Shown: positions 14,847-23,256, counted from the first letter of the stretch. The stretch: DNA of 32,000 nt from Kineococcus radiotolerans SRS30216 = ATCC BAA-149 (GCF_000017305.1 NC_009664.2:2550001-2582000), one strand, 5' to 3'. Notes: generated by a model from the sequence alone, not told the origin. Numbers and translations are program-made.

Positions 14847-15770
14847 TCAGTCGTGCGTGGGGCTCTCGTGGCCGCTGTGCCCGACGGGTTCGAGCTGGAA
14901 CGTGGCGTGCTCGACGGCCACGGGGAAGTGCTCGGCCACGCACTCCTGCAGCCGGTCGAGGATCTCCGGGGCGTGCCCGTCGCGGAAGCAGGAGTCGTCG
15001 AGGACGACGTGGGCGGACAGCACGGGCAGGCCGGAGGTGATCCGGCTGGCGTGCAGGTCGTGGACGGCGTGGACGTGGGGGAGCTCCAGCAGGTGCCGGC
15101 GCACGTCCTCCAGGTCCAGGCCGGGCGGGGTCTCCTCCAGCAGCACCGACGTCGTCTCCCGCAGCAGCCCCACGGTGCGCGGGACGATGAGGACGCCGAT
15201 CAGCAGCGACACCAGCGCGTCGGCGCGCGTCCAGCCGGTGAGGGCGATGACCCCCGCGGCCACGATCACCGCGACCGACCCGAGGCCGTCGTTGACGACC
15301 TCCAGGACCGCGGCGCGGACGTTGACGTTGCGCTCGCCCTCCCCGCGCACCAGCAGCAGCAGCGCGACGACGTTGCCGAGCAGGCCCACGACGCCGAACA
15401 CGAGCATCGCCCCGGAGTGCACCTCCGGCGGCTCCAGCAGCCGCCGGACCCCCTCGACGAGGACGAAGACCCCCACGGCGAGCAGGGCGGCGGCCTGCAG
15501 CGTCGCGGCCAGCACCTCGGCGCGGCGGTAGCCCCAGGTGCGCCGCGCCGAGGCGGGGCGGGCGGCGAGGGTCGCGGCGATCAGGGCGATGATCAGCCCG
15601 GCGACGTCGGTGAGCACGTGCCCGGCGTCGGCGAGCAGGGCGAGGCTGCCGGAGACCCAGGCGCCGACGGCCTCGGCGAGCAGGACGACGGAGGTGACGA
15701 CCAGCGCCGCGGCGATGCGCCGGCGGTTCTGGTCCGCCGCGCCGTGGCCGTGGCCGTGCCCGTGGCTCAC
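14847..15770 (-). CDS. Cation diffusion facilitator (CDF) family Zn/Co/Cd efflux transporter
   Basis: This is the C-terminal part of track ORF 14847..17183, trimmed to GTG 15770. The N-terminus is His-rich (SHGHGHGHG). Contains SLALLADAGHVLTDV and AAVLEVVNDGLGS, with a His-rich C-terminus (VGHSGHESPTHD). The start overlaps the upstream stop (GTGA). Confidence 0.9.
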   Translation of the reverse strand: MSHGHGHGHGAADQNRRRIAAALVVTSVVLLAEAVGAWVSGSLALLADAGHVLTDVAGLIIALIAATLAARPASARRTWGYRRAEVLAATLQAAALLAVGVFVLVEGVRRLLEPPEVHSGAMLVFGVVGLLGNVVALLLLVRGEGERNVNVRAAVLEVVNDGLGSVAVIVAAGVIALTGWTRADALVSLLIGVLIVPRTVGLLRETTSVLLEETPPGLDLEDVRRHLLELPHVHAVHDLHASRITSGLPVLSAHVVLDDSCFRDGHAPEILDRLQECVAEHFPVAVEHATFQLEPVGHSGHESPTHD

Positions 15771-16123
15771 GGGGCGACCGCCTCGGGGGCGCGCCCGGGG
15801 GCGTGCTCCGGGCAGGAGCCGTCGCCGGCGGCGAGGACCACCCCGAGCAGGTCGCCCAGGGCGTGGTGCATCCGGGCGTCGGCGATCTCGTAGCGGACCC
15901 GGCGGCCCTCGGGGACGGAGGCGACCAGCCCGCAGGCGCGCAGGCAGGACAGGTGGTTCGACAGCGACTGGCGCGACACCCCCAGCTGCTCGGCGAGCTC
16001 GGCCGGGTAGCCCGGCGCCTCGCGCAGGGCGAGCAGCACCCGGGACCGGGTGGGGTCGGACAGGGCGTGCCCGAACCGGGCGAGGACCTGGGCCGGGGAC
16101 GCGATCACCCCCCGACAGTACAT
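15767..16123 (-). CDS. cmtR: ArsR/SmtB-family metal-sensing repressor, CmtR-like
   Basis: Track ORF 15767..16216, trimmed to ATG 16123. LSDPTRSRVLLAL...LSNHLSCLRACGLV has the CxxxC pair in the recognition-helix region, and there is a C-terminal Cys (GDGSCPEH). This is the same arrangement as the Cys57/Cys61/Cys102 site of M. tuberculosis CmtR. Confidence 0.8.
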   Translation of the reverse strand: MYCRGVIASPAQVLARFGHALSDPTRSRVLLALREAPGYPAELAEQLGVSRQSLSNHLSCLRACGLVASVPEGRRVRYEIADARMHHALGDLLGVVLAAGDGSCPEHAPGRAPEAVAP

Positions 16124-16140
16124 CGACGGGTGAACCGTCG
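16124..16140. promoter_or_regulatory. Inverted repeat CGACGG-GTGAA-CCGTCG abutting the cmtR-like start codon (operator or 5' hairpin candidate)
   Basis: 6-bp perfect arms with a 5-bp spacer, immediately upstream of ATG 16123 on the minus strand. Confidence 0.3.
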
Positions 16141-16199
16141 CCGTCCGCCGCTGCGGTAGCTTGCCCGGGCCCGATGCCGCGCACCCCCGGAGGACCCAG

Positions 16200-17024
16200 G
16201 TGACGATCCAGGACACCGCCCCCCAGCCGCTCGCCGTCCCCGGCCCCCACGGGGACGTGGACCTGCGGCTCTACCGCCCCGTGGGCCCCCCGGAGGCCGC
16301 GTTCGTGTGGGTCCACGGCGGCGGCTTCGCCGCGGGCGACCTGGACATGCCCGAGTCCGACGCCGTCGCGCGCGCCCTCGCCGCGACCGGGGTCCTCGTC
16401 GTGGCGGTCGGCTACCGCCTCGCCGGTCCCGACGTGCGCTACCCCGTCCCCTCCGACGACGTCCTCGCCGCGTGGCGGTGGGGGCTCGCCCACGCCCTGG
16501 AGGCCGGGGTCGCCCCCGACCGGGTCCAGCTCGGCGGGGCCAGCGCCGGCGGGAACCTCGTCGCGGGGGCCGTCCTGCGCCTGATCGCCGAGGGCGGACC
16601 CGTCCCGGCCGCGGTCGTCCTCGCCTACCCGACGCTGCACGCCGTCCCGCCCGCGGCGTCCGCGGCGGCCACCGCCGCGCTGGAGCAGCTGCCCGAGGCG
16701 GAGCGCTGGCCGCCGGCGGACGTCGAGGCCATGTACCGCGGCTTCCTCGGCGGCGACCCGTCCGCGGCGCCGGGACCCGCGGTGCCGGGCACGGCCGACC
16801 TCGCGGGGTTCCCGCCGGCGTTCGTCCTCACCAGCGAGGCCGACGGCCTGCGCGGCTCCGCGGACGAGTTCGCCCACCGGCTCGCCGCGCAGGGGACCCC
16901 GGTGCTGTCGGTGTGCGAACCGGGCACCCGGCACGGGCACCTCAACGAGCCGGGGCCGGCGTTCGACGCCAGCCTGCGCCGGATCGCGCGCTGGCTGCGG
17001 GACGCCCCCGACCTGGCCGGCTGA
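16200..17024 (+). CDS. Alpha/beta hydrolase fold-3 (hormone-sensitive-lipase family) esterase
   Basis: Track ORF 16161..17024, trimmed to GTG 16200, which lies 5 nt after GGAGGA (16189-16194). The oxyanion motif is VHGGGF, the nucleophile is GGASAGGN, and a C-terminal His lies in TRHGHL. Confidence 0.85.
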   Translation: MTIQDTAPQPLAVPGPHGDVDLRLYRPVGPPEAAFVWVHGGGFAAGDLDMPESDAVARALAATGVLVVAVGYRLAGPDVRYPVPSDDVLAAWRWGLAHALEAGVAPDRVQLGGASAGGNLVAGAVLRLIAEGGPVPAAVVLAYPTLHAVPPAASAAATAALEQLPEAERWPPADVEAMYRGFLGGDPSAAPGPAVPGTADLAGFPPAFVLTSEADGLRGSADEFAHRLAAQGTPVLSVCEPGTRHGHLNEPGPAFDASLRRIARWLRDAPDLAG

Positions 17025-17028
17025 GCGG

Positions 17029-17877
17029 GTGCCCCGCCCCTCCCCGCCGCCCACCCCCGCCGAGCGCGCCGTCGCCCACGTCGCCGGGCGGGCGCGCGGG
17101 GAGCCGGTGGACCCGACCTGGCCGGTCACGCTGCACTTCCACCCCGACCGCCCGGCGGCCGGGGTGCCCCTCCTGCGCGCCATGGCCGCCGACGGGCGCT
17201 ACCGCTCCCAGTTCGAGACCGGGACCGGCAACGGCGGGCTGACCGCCCACCCCGGCGGGGACCGCTGGCGCTGGGAGTCGCGCCTGTTCGGCGGGGCCTA
17301 CGACCACGCCCCGCCCGCCGCCCGGCCCGTCCACGGTTCGCTCAACCACGGCCGGCACCCCGTCGGGGCCTCGCCCCGCTTCGGATCCGCCCACCTGCGC
17401 CTGCGCCCCCACGTCCTGGCGCGCAGCACCGCCTGCTTCCCCGACAGCGCCGAGGACCCCGTGGCCGTGGGCACCGCCGAGCGCTTCGGCCTGGTCCGGG
17501 AGCGGTGGGCGGCGGCCGGGGTGCGCGACCCGCTCGACGACTACGTCGAGGTCCACGTGCACGGCGGCGTCCGCTTCGCCGACGACGTCGAGGCGCTCGT
17601 GCTGGACCCCTGCTACCGCGGCACCGACGTCGAGGCCGACGCCGCGCGCCTCGGGGTGCCCGTCGAGTGGCACCCCGGGTTCACCACCACCGTGCGCACC
17701 CTCGCCGAGCACCCCGACTACCGCGGCCCGCACGTCGTGGAGGCCGCCGCGCGCATCGCCGCCGACGGCGTCCTGACCCCGCGGGTCGTCGGCGACGCGG
17801 CCCGCGCGGGCCACGAGGACGAGCAGGTCCTCAAGCGCGTCTGGCACTGCACCGCCCGCTTCGGCCGGCCCGCCTGA
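17029..17877 (+). CDS. DUF3626-like protein of unknown function
   Basis: Track ORF 17029..17877. It starts 4 nt after the esterase stop. Contains HFHPDR, GNGGLTAHPGGDRWRWESRLFGGAY, PRFGSAHLRL and CFPDS. The family call is from memory and has not been searched. Confidence 0.6.
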   Translation: MPRPSPPPTPAERAVAHVAGRARGEPVDPTWPVTLHFHPDRPAAGVPLLRAMAADGRYRSQFETGTGNGGLTAHPGGDRWRWESRLFGGAYDHAPPAARPVHGSLNHGRHPVGASPRFGSAHLRLRPHVLARSTACFPDSAEDPVAVGTAERFGLVRERWAAAGVRDPLDDYVEVHVHGGVRFADDVEALVLDPCYRGTDVEADAARLGVPVEWHPGFTTTVRTLAEHPDYRGPHVVEAAARIAADGVLTPRVVGDAARAGHEDEQVLKRVWHCTARFGRPA

Positions 17878-17886
17878 CCCGCGGCC

Positions 17887-20082
17887 TCAGGGGGCGAGGA
17901 GGGCGGCGGTGAGCTCCCGGGCCGGTTGCGGCCGGGCGTGGTGGAAGCCCTGCGTGTAGTCGCAGCCGAGGTCGACGAGGGTGGCGAGCTGGGCCGCGGT
18001 CTCCACGCCCTCGGCGAGGGTGGCGATGCCGAGGCGGGGGGCGAGGTGGAGGACGGCGTCGACGATGGCCTCGCTGGCGGGGTCGCCCAGCGCGGCGGTG
18101 AACGACCGGTCCAGCTTGAGGACGTCCATCGGCATCCGCTGCAACCACGTCAGGGCCGTGTTCCCGGCGCCGAAGTCGTCCAGGGCGAGGCTGAGCCCGC
18201 CGGCGCGCAGCAGGTGCAGCAGGGGCTGGATGCGCGGCAGGTCCTCGGTGAGGATCCGCTCGCTGACCTCCAGGGTGAGCCCGGTCAGGTCGGCGTGGTG
18301 GGCGTCGGCGATCGCCCCGACCCGGGAGAGCAGGTCCGGGTCGTGCAGCTGGTGGCGGTCGAGGTTGACGAACACCTGCGGGCGGTCCGCCAGCTCCCGC
18401 GCCCACCGGGCGCTCTGCTCGGCGGCGTGGTGCAGGACCCACTCGCAGATCACCGGCATCAGGCCGGCGTCCTCGGCGGCGGGGATGAACGCCGCGGGGG
18501 TGAGCAGGCCGTGCTCGGGGTGGTGCCAGCGCAGCAGGGCCTCCGCCCCGGTGACCGCGTGGTCGCTGGCCCGCAGGATGGGCTGCCAGTACAGCTCCAG
18601 CTCGTCGCGCGTCGTGGCCCGGCGCAGGTCGCGCTGCAGGGCGAGCCGGTGCAGGAGGTGCTCGCGCAGCTGGGGCTGGAACACCTCCGCCCGGTCGCGG
18701 CCGCGGCGCTTGGCCTCGTAGAGGGCGTGGTCGGCGGTGGAGAGCAGCGCATCGGGGTCCCCGGGCCCCACCGCCGTGCTGACGCCGATGGAGACGCTGA
18801 CCCGGACCTCGCCGTGGTCGAGGAGGTAGGTGCCGCCGGCGGCGACGTTGACGCGCTCGGCGAGCAGGAGGGCCTCGTCGAGGTGGTGCAGGTCCTCGGC
18901 CAGGACGACGAACTCGTCGCCCCCGAGCCGGCAGACGGTGTCGGAGGGGCGCAGGCTGGACCGCAGGCGCTGGGCGAGGGTGGTGAGCAGCCGGTCGCCG
19001 GCGGGGTGGCCGTGGGCGTCGTTGACGTGCTTGAAGTGGTCCACGTCGAGCAGGAGCAGGGCGACGGGCTGCCCGCTGCGGGCGCTGCGGGCCAGGGCGT
19101 GCTGCAGGGCCTGGGTGAAGTAGCGCCGGTTGGGCAGACCCGTCAGCGGGTCGCGCACCGCCTCCGCGGCGAGGGCCTCGCGGGCGTGCTGCTCCTCGGT
19201 GATGTCGCGGCAGTTGATGACCACGCCCCCCACCCCGGGGGTGTCGAGGTGGTTGGTGGCCTCCGCCTCGATCCAGCGCGTCCGCCCGTCCGCGGCGATC
19301 ACGCGGGCCCGCTCCCGCAGGACCTGCCCCGGCGGCGCCGCGTAGGCGCGGTCGAGCAGCTCCTGGGCCAGCTCCCGGTCCGCGGGGTGCAGGGGGAGGC
19401 CGTAGGGCGTCCCCGCCAGCGTGCCGTCCCCGTCGGCGGTGAAGCGCTGCGTGGAGGGGCTCGCGTAGGTGACGACCCGCTCGCGGTCCACGACGACGGT
19501 GATGTCGCTGGAGTGCTCCACCAGCGCCCGGAAGCGCTGCTCGCCGGCCACCCGCGCGGCCTCGGCGCGGCGCAGGTCGGTGACGTCCTGCCACGTCACC
19601 ACCAGCAGTCCGCCCACCCGCGCCCGGGTCACCTCCAGCGCGCGCGTCCGCCCGCGGGCGTCGACGTGGTCCTCGTCGCGGCGCACCGGCTGCTCGGCCT
19701 CGAAGGCCGCCCGGTGGAGGGCCAGCAGGTCCGGGAACCGCGCGGGCGGGGTCACCTCGCCCAGGCGCCGCGCCGTCCCGTGGGGGCGGGGACCGGTCAC
19801 CGTCGCCAGGCCGGCCCTCGCGGCGGACCCGGAGGCGGTGAGCAGGGCGAAGTCGACGACCCGCCCCGCCTCCACGACCGGGCGCATCACCGCGACCACC
19901 ACCCGGCCGTCGGCGTCGAGACCCTCCAGCAGCGCCGCCAGCACCACCTCGGCGCTCGCCCCGTCCGCTCCGCCCGCGTCCGCCCGGCCCGTGTCCAGCT
20001 CGCTCGTGTCCACCTCGCCACGCCCCCGCTCCGCCGCCGCGAGGCACCCACCACGGGCGGCGCGCGGGCTCGGCGTCGACAC
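17887..20082 (-). CDS. PAS-PAS-GGDEF-EAL c-di-GMP signalling protein
   Basis: Track ORF 17887..20082. GGDEF: RLGGDEFVVL. EAL motifs: AEALLRW, LEVSE, DDFGAG, KLD, EGVE, TQG. The start is uncertain between GTG 20082 and the in-frame GTG 20013. Confidence 0.9.
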   Translation of the reverse strand: MSTPSPRAARGGCLAAAERGRGEVDTSELDTGRADAGGADGASAEVVLAALLEGLDADGRVVVAVMRPVVEAGRVVDFALLTASGSAARAGLATVTGPRPHGTARRLGEVTPPARFPDLLALHRAAFEAEQPVRRDEDHVDARGRTRALEVTRARVGGLLVVTWQDVTDLRRAEAARVAGEQRFRALVEHSSDITVVVDRERVVTYASPSTQRFTADGDGTLAGTPYGLPLHPADRELAQELLDRAYAAPPGQVLRERARVIAADGRTRWIEAEATNHLDTPGVGGVVINCRDITEEQHAREALAAEAVRDPLTGLPNRRYFTQALQHALARSARSGQPVALLLLDVDHFKHVNDAHGHPAGDRLLTTLAQRLRSSLRPSDTVCRLGGDEFVVLAEDLHHLDEALLLAERVNVAAGGTYLLDHGEVRVSVSIGVSTAVGPGDPDALLSTADHALYEAKRRGRDRAEVFQPQLREHLLHRLALQRDLRRATTRDELELYWQPILRASDHAVTGAEALLRWHHPEHGLLTPAAFIPAAEDAGLMPVICEWVLHHAAEQSARWARELADRPQVFVNLDRHQLHDPDLLSRVGAIADAHHADLTGLTLEVSERILTEDLPRIQPLLHLLRAGGLSLALDDFGAGNTALTWLQRMPMDVLKLDRSFTAALGDPASEAIVDAVLHLAPRLGIATLAEGVETAAQLATLVDLGCDYTQGFHHARPQPARELTAALLAP

Positions 20083-20120
20083 TCAGCGTATTGAGATACT
20101 CACGTCTGGTATAGCAGGGT

Positions 20121-20153
20121 CCGGTCCGGGTCCGGTCGGGTCTCCCGGTCGGG
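20121..20153. repeat. Three direct repeats CCGGTC(C)GGG spaced 11-13 bp apart, between the PrsW stop and the PAS-GGDEF-EAL start
   Basis: CCGGTCCGGG at 20121-20130, CCGGTCGGG at 20132-20140, CCGGTCGGG at 20145-20153. An AT-rich patch at 20085-20117 lies next to them. Confidence 0.6.
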
Positions 20154-20168
20154 TTTCCCCGGCGCCGC

Positions 20169-20984
20169 TCAGCCCCCCGCCGCCAGGGCCGCCCGGCGGT
20201 CCTCCGCGCCGCGGGACACGTGGGCGCGGTGCACCAGGACGAGCAGGACGGCGACGCTGACGACCACGACGACCACGTGCACCGGCAGGCTCCCCGAGAC
20301 GTCCCACACCGTGTGCAGCACGACGGCGGCCAGGTAGGCCCCCAGGAGCGCCGCGAGGGCCCGCCCGCGCCGGGCGGCGGTGGGGACGCGCCACAGCGCG
20401 GCCACCGTGAACCCCGTCCAGGCCACGTGGCCCGCCGGGGACAGCAGCGCGCGCAGCAGCAGCTCCTGGTGGACCGCCGCGACGTCCTGCGCCCGCAGCA
20501 GTTCCTGGAAGCCGTAGCCCATCGTCTCCAGGACGGCGAAACCTGTCCCGGACGCGATGCCGATGACGATGCCCGCGCGGGGGTCGCGCGGACGGGCCAG
20601 GAGCACCACGACGAGCGGGACGACGAGCTTCGCGCCCTCCTCGATGAACCCCACGAGCAGCATCGCCGCCGCGCCGAGCTGCTGCTCGGAGCGGTACTCC
20701 AGGACACCGGCGGTCACCGTCCCGACGATCCCGCCGGCGATGGCGGTGCCGGCCACCGTCCACCCCGGGGCGGGGATGCGCCGGCCGCCGTTCTCCGCGA
20801 ACACCAGCACGGTCAGCGGGACGGTGACGGCGCCGATGAGCAGCAGCGAGGGGAAGAAGTTCAGGTTCCGCGTGCTGACCATGACCTCCAGCACGACGAC
20901 GTAGGAGACGACCCCCAGCGCCAGGACGGCGATCCAGCTGAGGCGGCGGAGACCGCGGGCGCGGCGGGGGGTCTGCTCGATCAC
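20169..20984 (-). CDS. PrsW-family intramembrane glutamic/metallo-protease
   Basis: This is the C-terminal part of track ORF 20169..21896, trimmed to GTG 20984. It is polytopic, with FIEEGAKL (the EExxK motif), GFAVLETMGY and HTVWD. Confidence 0.75.
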   Translation of the reverse strand: MIEQTPRRARGLRRLSWIAVLALGVVSYVVVLEVMVSTRNLNFFPSLLLIGAVTVPLTVLVFAENGGRRIPAPGWTVAGTAIAGGIVGTVTAGVLEYRSEQQLGAAAMLLVGFIEEGAKLVVPLVVVLLARPRDPRAGIVIGIASGTGFAVLETMGYGFQELLRAQDVAAVHQELLLRALLSPAGHVAWTGFTVAALWRVPTAARRGRALAALLGAYLAAVVLHTVWDVSGSLPVHVVVVVVSVAVLLVLVHRAHVSRGAEDRRAALAAGG

Positions 20985-21032
20985 GAGGGGGACCCTGCCC
21001 GCGCCCGCCCGCCGCGAAACCCCGGCGCGCGA

Positions 21033-21057
21033 CCGGGCCGCGACGGCCGCGGCCCGG
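21033..21057 (-). terminator. Perfect 10-bp stem / 5-nt loop hairpin downstream of the RecQ-like helicase
   Basis: CCGGGCCGCG (21033-21042) pairs with CGCGGCCCGG (21048-21057). It lies 25 nt past the stop at 21083. No U-tract follows. Confidence 0.4.
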
Positions 21058-21082
21058 GACGGCGGTCGCCGCCCGCCCCGGT

Positions 21083-23227
21083 CTACTCCCCGTCGCCGAG
21101 GACGAAGGGGTGCACCGCGTCCGCACCGGCGCGCCGCAGCTGGCGGGCGGCCACGGCCAGGGTCCAGCCGCTGCGGGCGCGGTCGTCCACGAGCAGGACC
21201 CGCCGCCCGGCCACCGGCGCGTCCTCGGGCAGCTCGAAGCGCCGGGCCACCTGCGACAACCGGTGCGCGGAGTTCACGTCGCTGCGGGTGGGGGAACCGT
21301 CCAGCAACCGGAACGTGGCCAGGACGGGCAGCCCCGTGTAGCGGGACAACCCCTCGGCGAGGTGGGCGACGAGCTGCGGGCGCGACGCCGAGCACATCGC
21401 CACGATCCCGTCCAGGGCGAGGTCGCGGGCCCAGTCGTCGAGGACCGCGGCGGCCGCGTGGCGCAGCGGGACCGGGGTCGGGCCGTCGGGCACCCCGGGG
21501 GCGAACAGCTCGCGGACCGCACCGCCCCAGCCGAGGTCGGTGGTGCGGGCCACCGCGCGGCCGCTGCCGGGCTGCTCCGCCGGCGCGATCCGGCCGGAGA
21601 CGGGGACCCCCAGGCTCTTCACCCCCGTCGGCCACTGCTTCTTCGGCTCCAGCGCGACCCCGGGCCGGTCGAGGTCGGCCCCGGCCCGCGTCACCGCGGC
21701 CTCGTCGACGTCGCCGGAGACGGCGAAGCCCCCGCAGTTGTCGCAGCGCCCGCACGGGGCGGCCTCGGGGTCGTCGAGGGCGCGGCGCAGGAACTCCAGG
21801 CGGCACCCCGTCGTCGCGACGTAGTCGAGCATCGCCTGCTGCTCGACCTCGCGGGCCCGGGCGACGCGGGCGTAGCGGTCCGCGTCGTAGGCCCACTCCG
21901 CCCCCGTCGCCACCCAGCCGCCCCGGACCCGCCGGACCGCGCCGTCCACGTCGAGGACCTTGAGCATCATCTCCAGGCGGTTGCGGCGCAGCGCGACCCG
22001 CGTCTCCAGGGCCTGGGTGGACAGCGGTTCACCGGCGTCGGTGAGGACGCCCAGCGCGAGCCGCACGTCGTCCTCGGCGGGGAACCCGATCGAGGCGAAG
22101 TAGCGCCAGATGTCACGGTCCTCCGCCCCCGGCAGCAGGACGACCGCGGCCTCGTCGATCCCGCGGCCCGCGCGCCCGACCTGCTGGTAGTAGGCGATGG
22201 GTGAGCTCGGCGCGCCCAGGTGGACGACGAAACCCAGGTCCGGCTTGTCGAAGCCCATCCCCAGGGCGCTCGTCGCGACGAGCGCCTTGACGCGGTCGTT
22301 GACCAGGTCGTCCTCGGCCTGCAGGCGCTCGGCGGGGTCGGTCTGGCCGGTGTAGGCGACGGCGTCGATGCCGTGGGCGCGCAGGTGGTTCGCGACGTCG
22401 GCGGCCGCGGAGACGGTGAGGACGTAGACGATCCCCGAGCCCGGCAGCTCCGGCAGGTGCTGCACCAGCCACGCGAGCCGGTGCGCGTGCGTGGGCACTC
22501 CCACCACGCCCAGCCGCAGCGACTCCCGGTCCAGGGAGCCCCGCAGCACGAGGACGTCCTCGAGGGTCCGCGTCCCCGTCACCGACAGCTGCTCGGCGAC
22601 GTCGGCGGTGACCCGCTCGTTCGCCGTCGCCGTCGTCGCGAGCACGGGGATGCCGTCGGGCAGGTCCGCCAGCAGCGTCCGGATGCGGCGGTAGTCCGGG
22701 CGGAAGTCGTGGCCCCAGTCGGAGACGCAGTGCGCCTCGTCGACGACCAGCAGCCCGGTCGTCGCGGCCAGCGGGGGCAGCACCTCGTCGCGGAAACCGG
22801 GGTTGTTCAGGCGCTCGGGGGAGACGAGCAGGACGTCGACGGCCCCGGCGCGCACCTCGTCGTAGACGCGGCCCCAGTCCTCGCCGTTGGTGGAGTTCAC
22901 CGTCACCGCGCGCACCCCGGCCCGCTCGGCGGCCGCGACCTGGTTGCGCATCAGCGCCAGCAGCGGCGACACGATGACCGTGGGGCCCGCCCCGCGGGCG
23001 CGCAGCAGGGCCGTCGCGACGAAGTACACCGCCGACTTGCCCCAGCCGGTGCGCTGCACGACCAGCGCCCGGCGGTGGTCGGCGACCAGGGCCTCGATCG
23101 CCGTCCACTGGTCCTCCCGCAACCTCGCCCCCGGGTCCCCGACGAGGCGGCGCAGGACCTCCTCGGCCTCCGCGCGCAGGGCCGTGCGGTCGAGGGCGGC
23201 GTCGGGCGGGGCGGTGGGGGCGGGCAC
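21083..23227 (-). CDS. rqlH: RecQ-like DNA helicase of the RqlH type: SF2 helicase, tetracysteine Zn module and a ComF/phosphoribosyltransferase-like C-terminal domain
   Basis: This is the C-terminal part of track ORF 21083..24589, trimmed to GTG 23227. Helicase motifs: QRTGWGKSAVY, VVDEAHCVSDWGHDFRPDY, ATTATA, QQVGRAGR. Zn module: TGCRLEF...CGRCDNC. C-terminal PRTase-like P-loop context: RRVLLVDDRARSGWTL. Confidence 0.88.
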   Translation of the reverse strand: MPAPTAPPDAALDRTALRAEAEEVLRRLVGDPGARLREDQWTAIEALVADHRRALVVQRTGWGKSAVYFVATALLRARGAGPTVIVSPLLALMRNQVAAAERAGVRAVTVNSTNGEDWGRVYDEVRAGAVDVLLVSPERLNNPGFRDEVLPPLAATTGLLVVDEAHCVSDWGHDFRPDYRRIRTLLADLPDGIPVLATTATANERVTADVAEQLSVTGTRTLEDVLVLRGSLDRESLRLGVVGVPTHAHRLAWLVQHLPELPGSGIVYVLTVSAAADVANHLRAHGIDAVAYTGQTDPAERLQAEDDLVNDRVKALVATSALGMGFDKPDLGFVVHLGAPSSPIAYYQQVGRAGRGIDEAAVVLLPGAEDRDIWRYFASIGFPAEDDVRLALGVLTDAGEPLSTQALETRVALRRNRLEMMLKVLDVDGAVRRVRGGWVATGAEWAYDADRYARVARAREVEQQAMLDYVATTGCRLEFLRRALDDPEAAPCGRCDNCGGFAVSGDVDEAAVTRAGADLDRPGVALEPKKQWPTGVKSLGVPVSGRIAPAEQPGSGRAVARTTDLGWGGAVRELFAPGVPDGPTPVPLRHAAAAVLDDWARDLALDGIVAMCSASRPQLVAHLAEGLSRYTGLPVLATFRLLDGSPTRSDVNSAHRLSQVARRFELPEDAPVAGRRVLLVDDRARSGWTLAVAARQLRRAGADAVHPFVLGDGE

Positions 23228-23256
23228 GGGGAGGACTCTGCCACCGGCCCCCGACA
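23228..23256 (-). promoter_or_regulatory. Candidate damage-inducible (RecA-NDp/PafBC-like) leaderless promoter of the RecQ-like helicase
   Basis: Reading the minus strand: TGTCGGGG (23256..23249), 8 nt, CAGAGT (23240..23235), 7 nt, then GTG at 23227. The layout matches the dinB upstream region. Confidence 0.4.

Noticed and set aside
15741-15770. Nucleotide tandem repeat gccgtggccgtggccgtgcccgtgg.
   Set aside because: It is the coding sequence of the His-Gly repeat (SHGHGHGHG) at the N-terminus of the CDF transporter. This is a metal-binding tail, not an independent repeat element.
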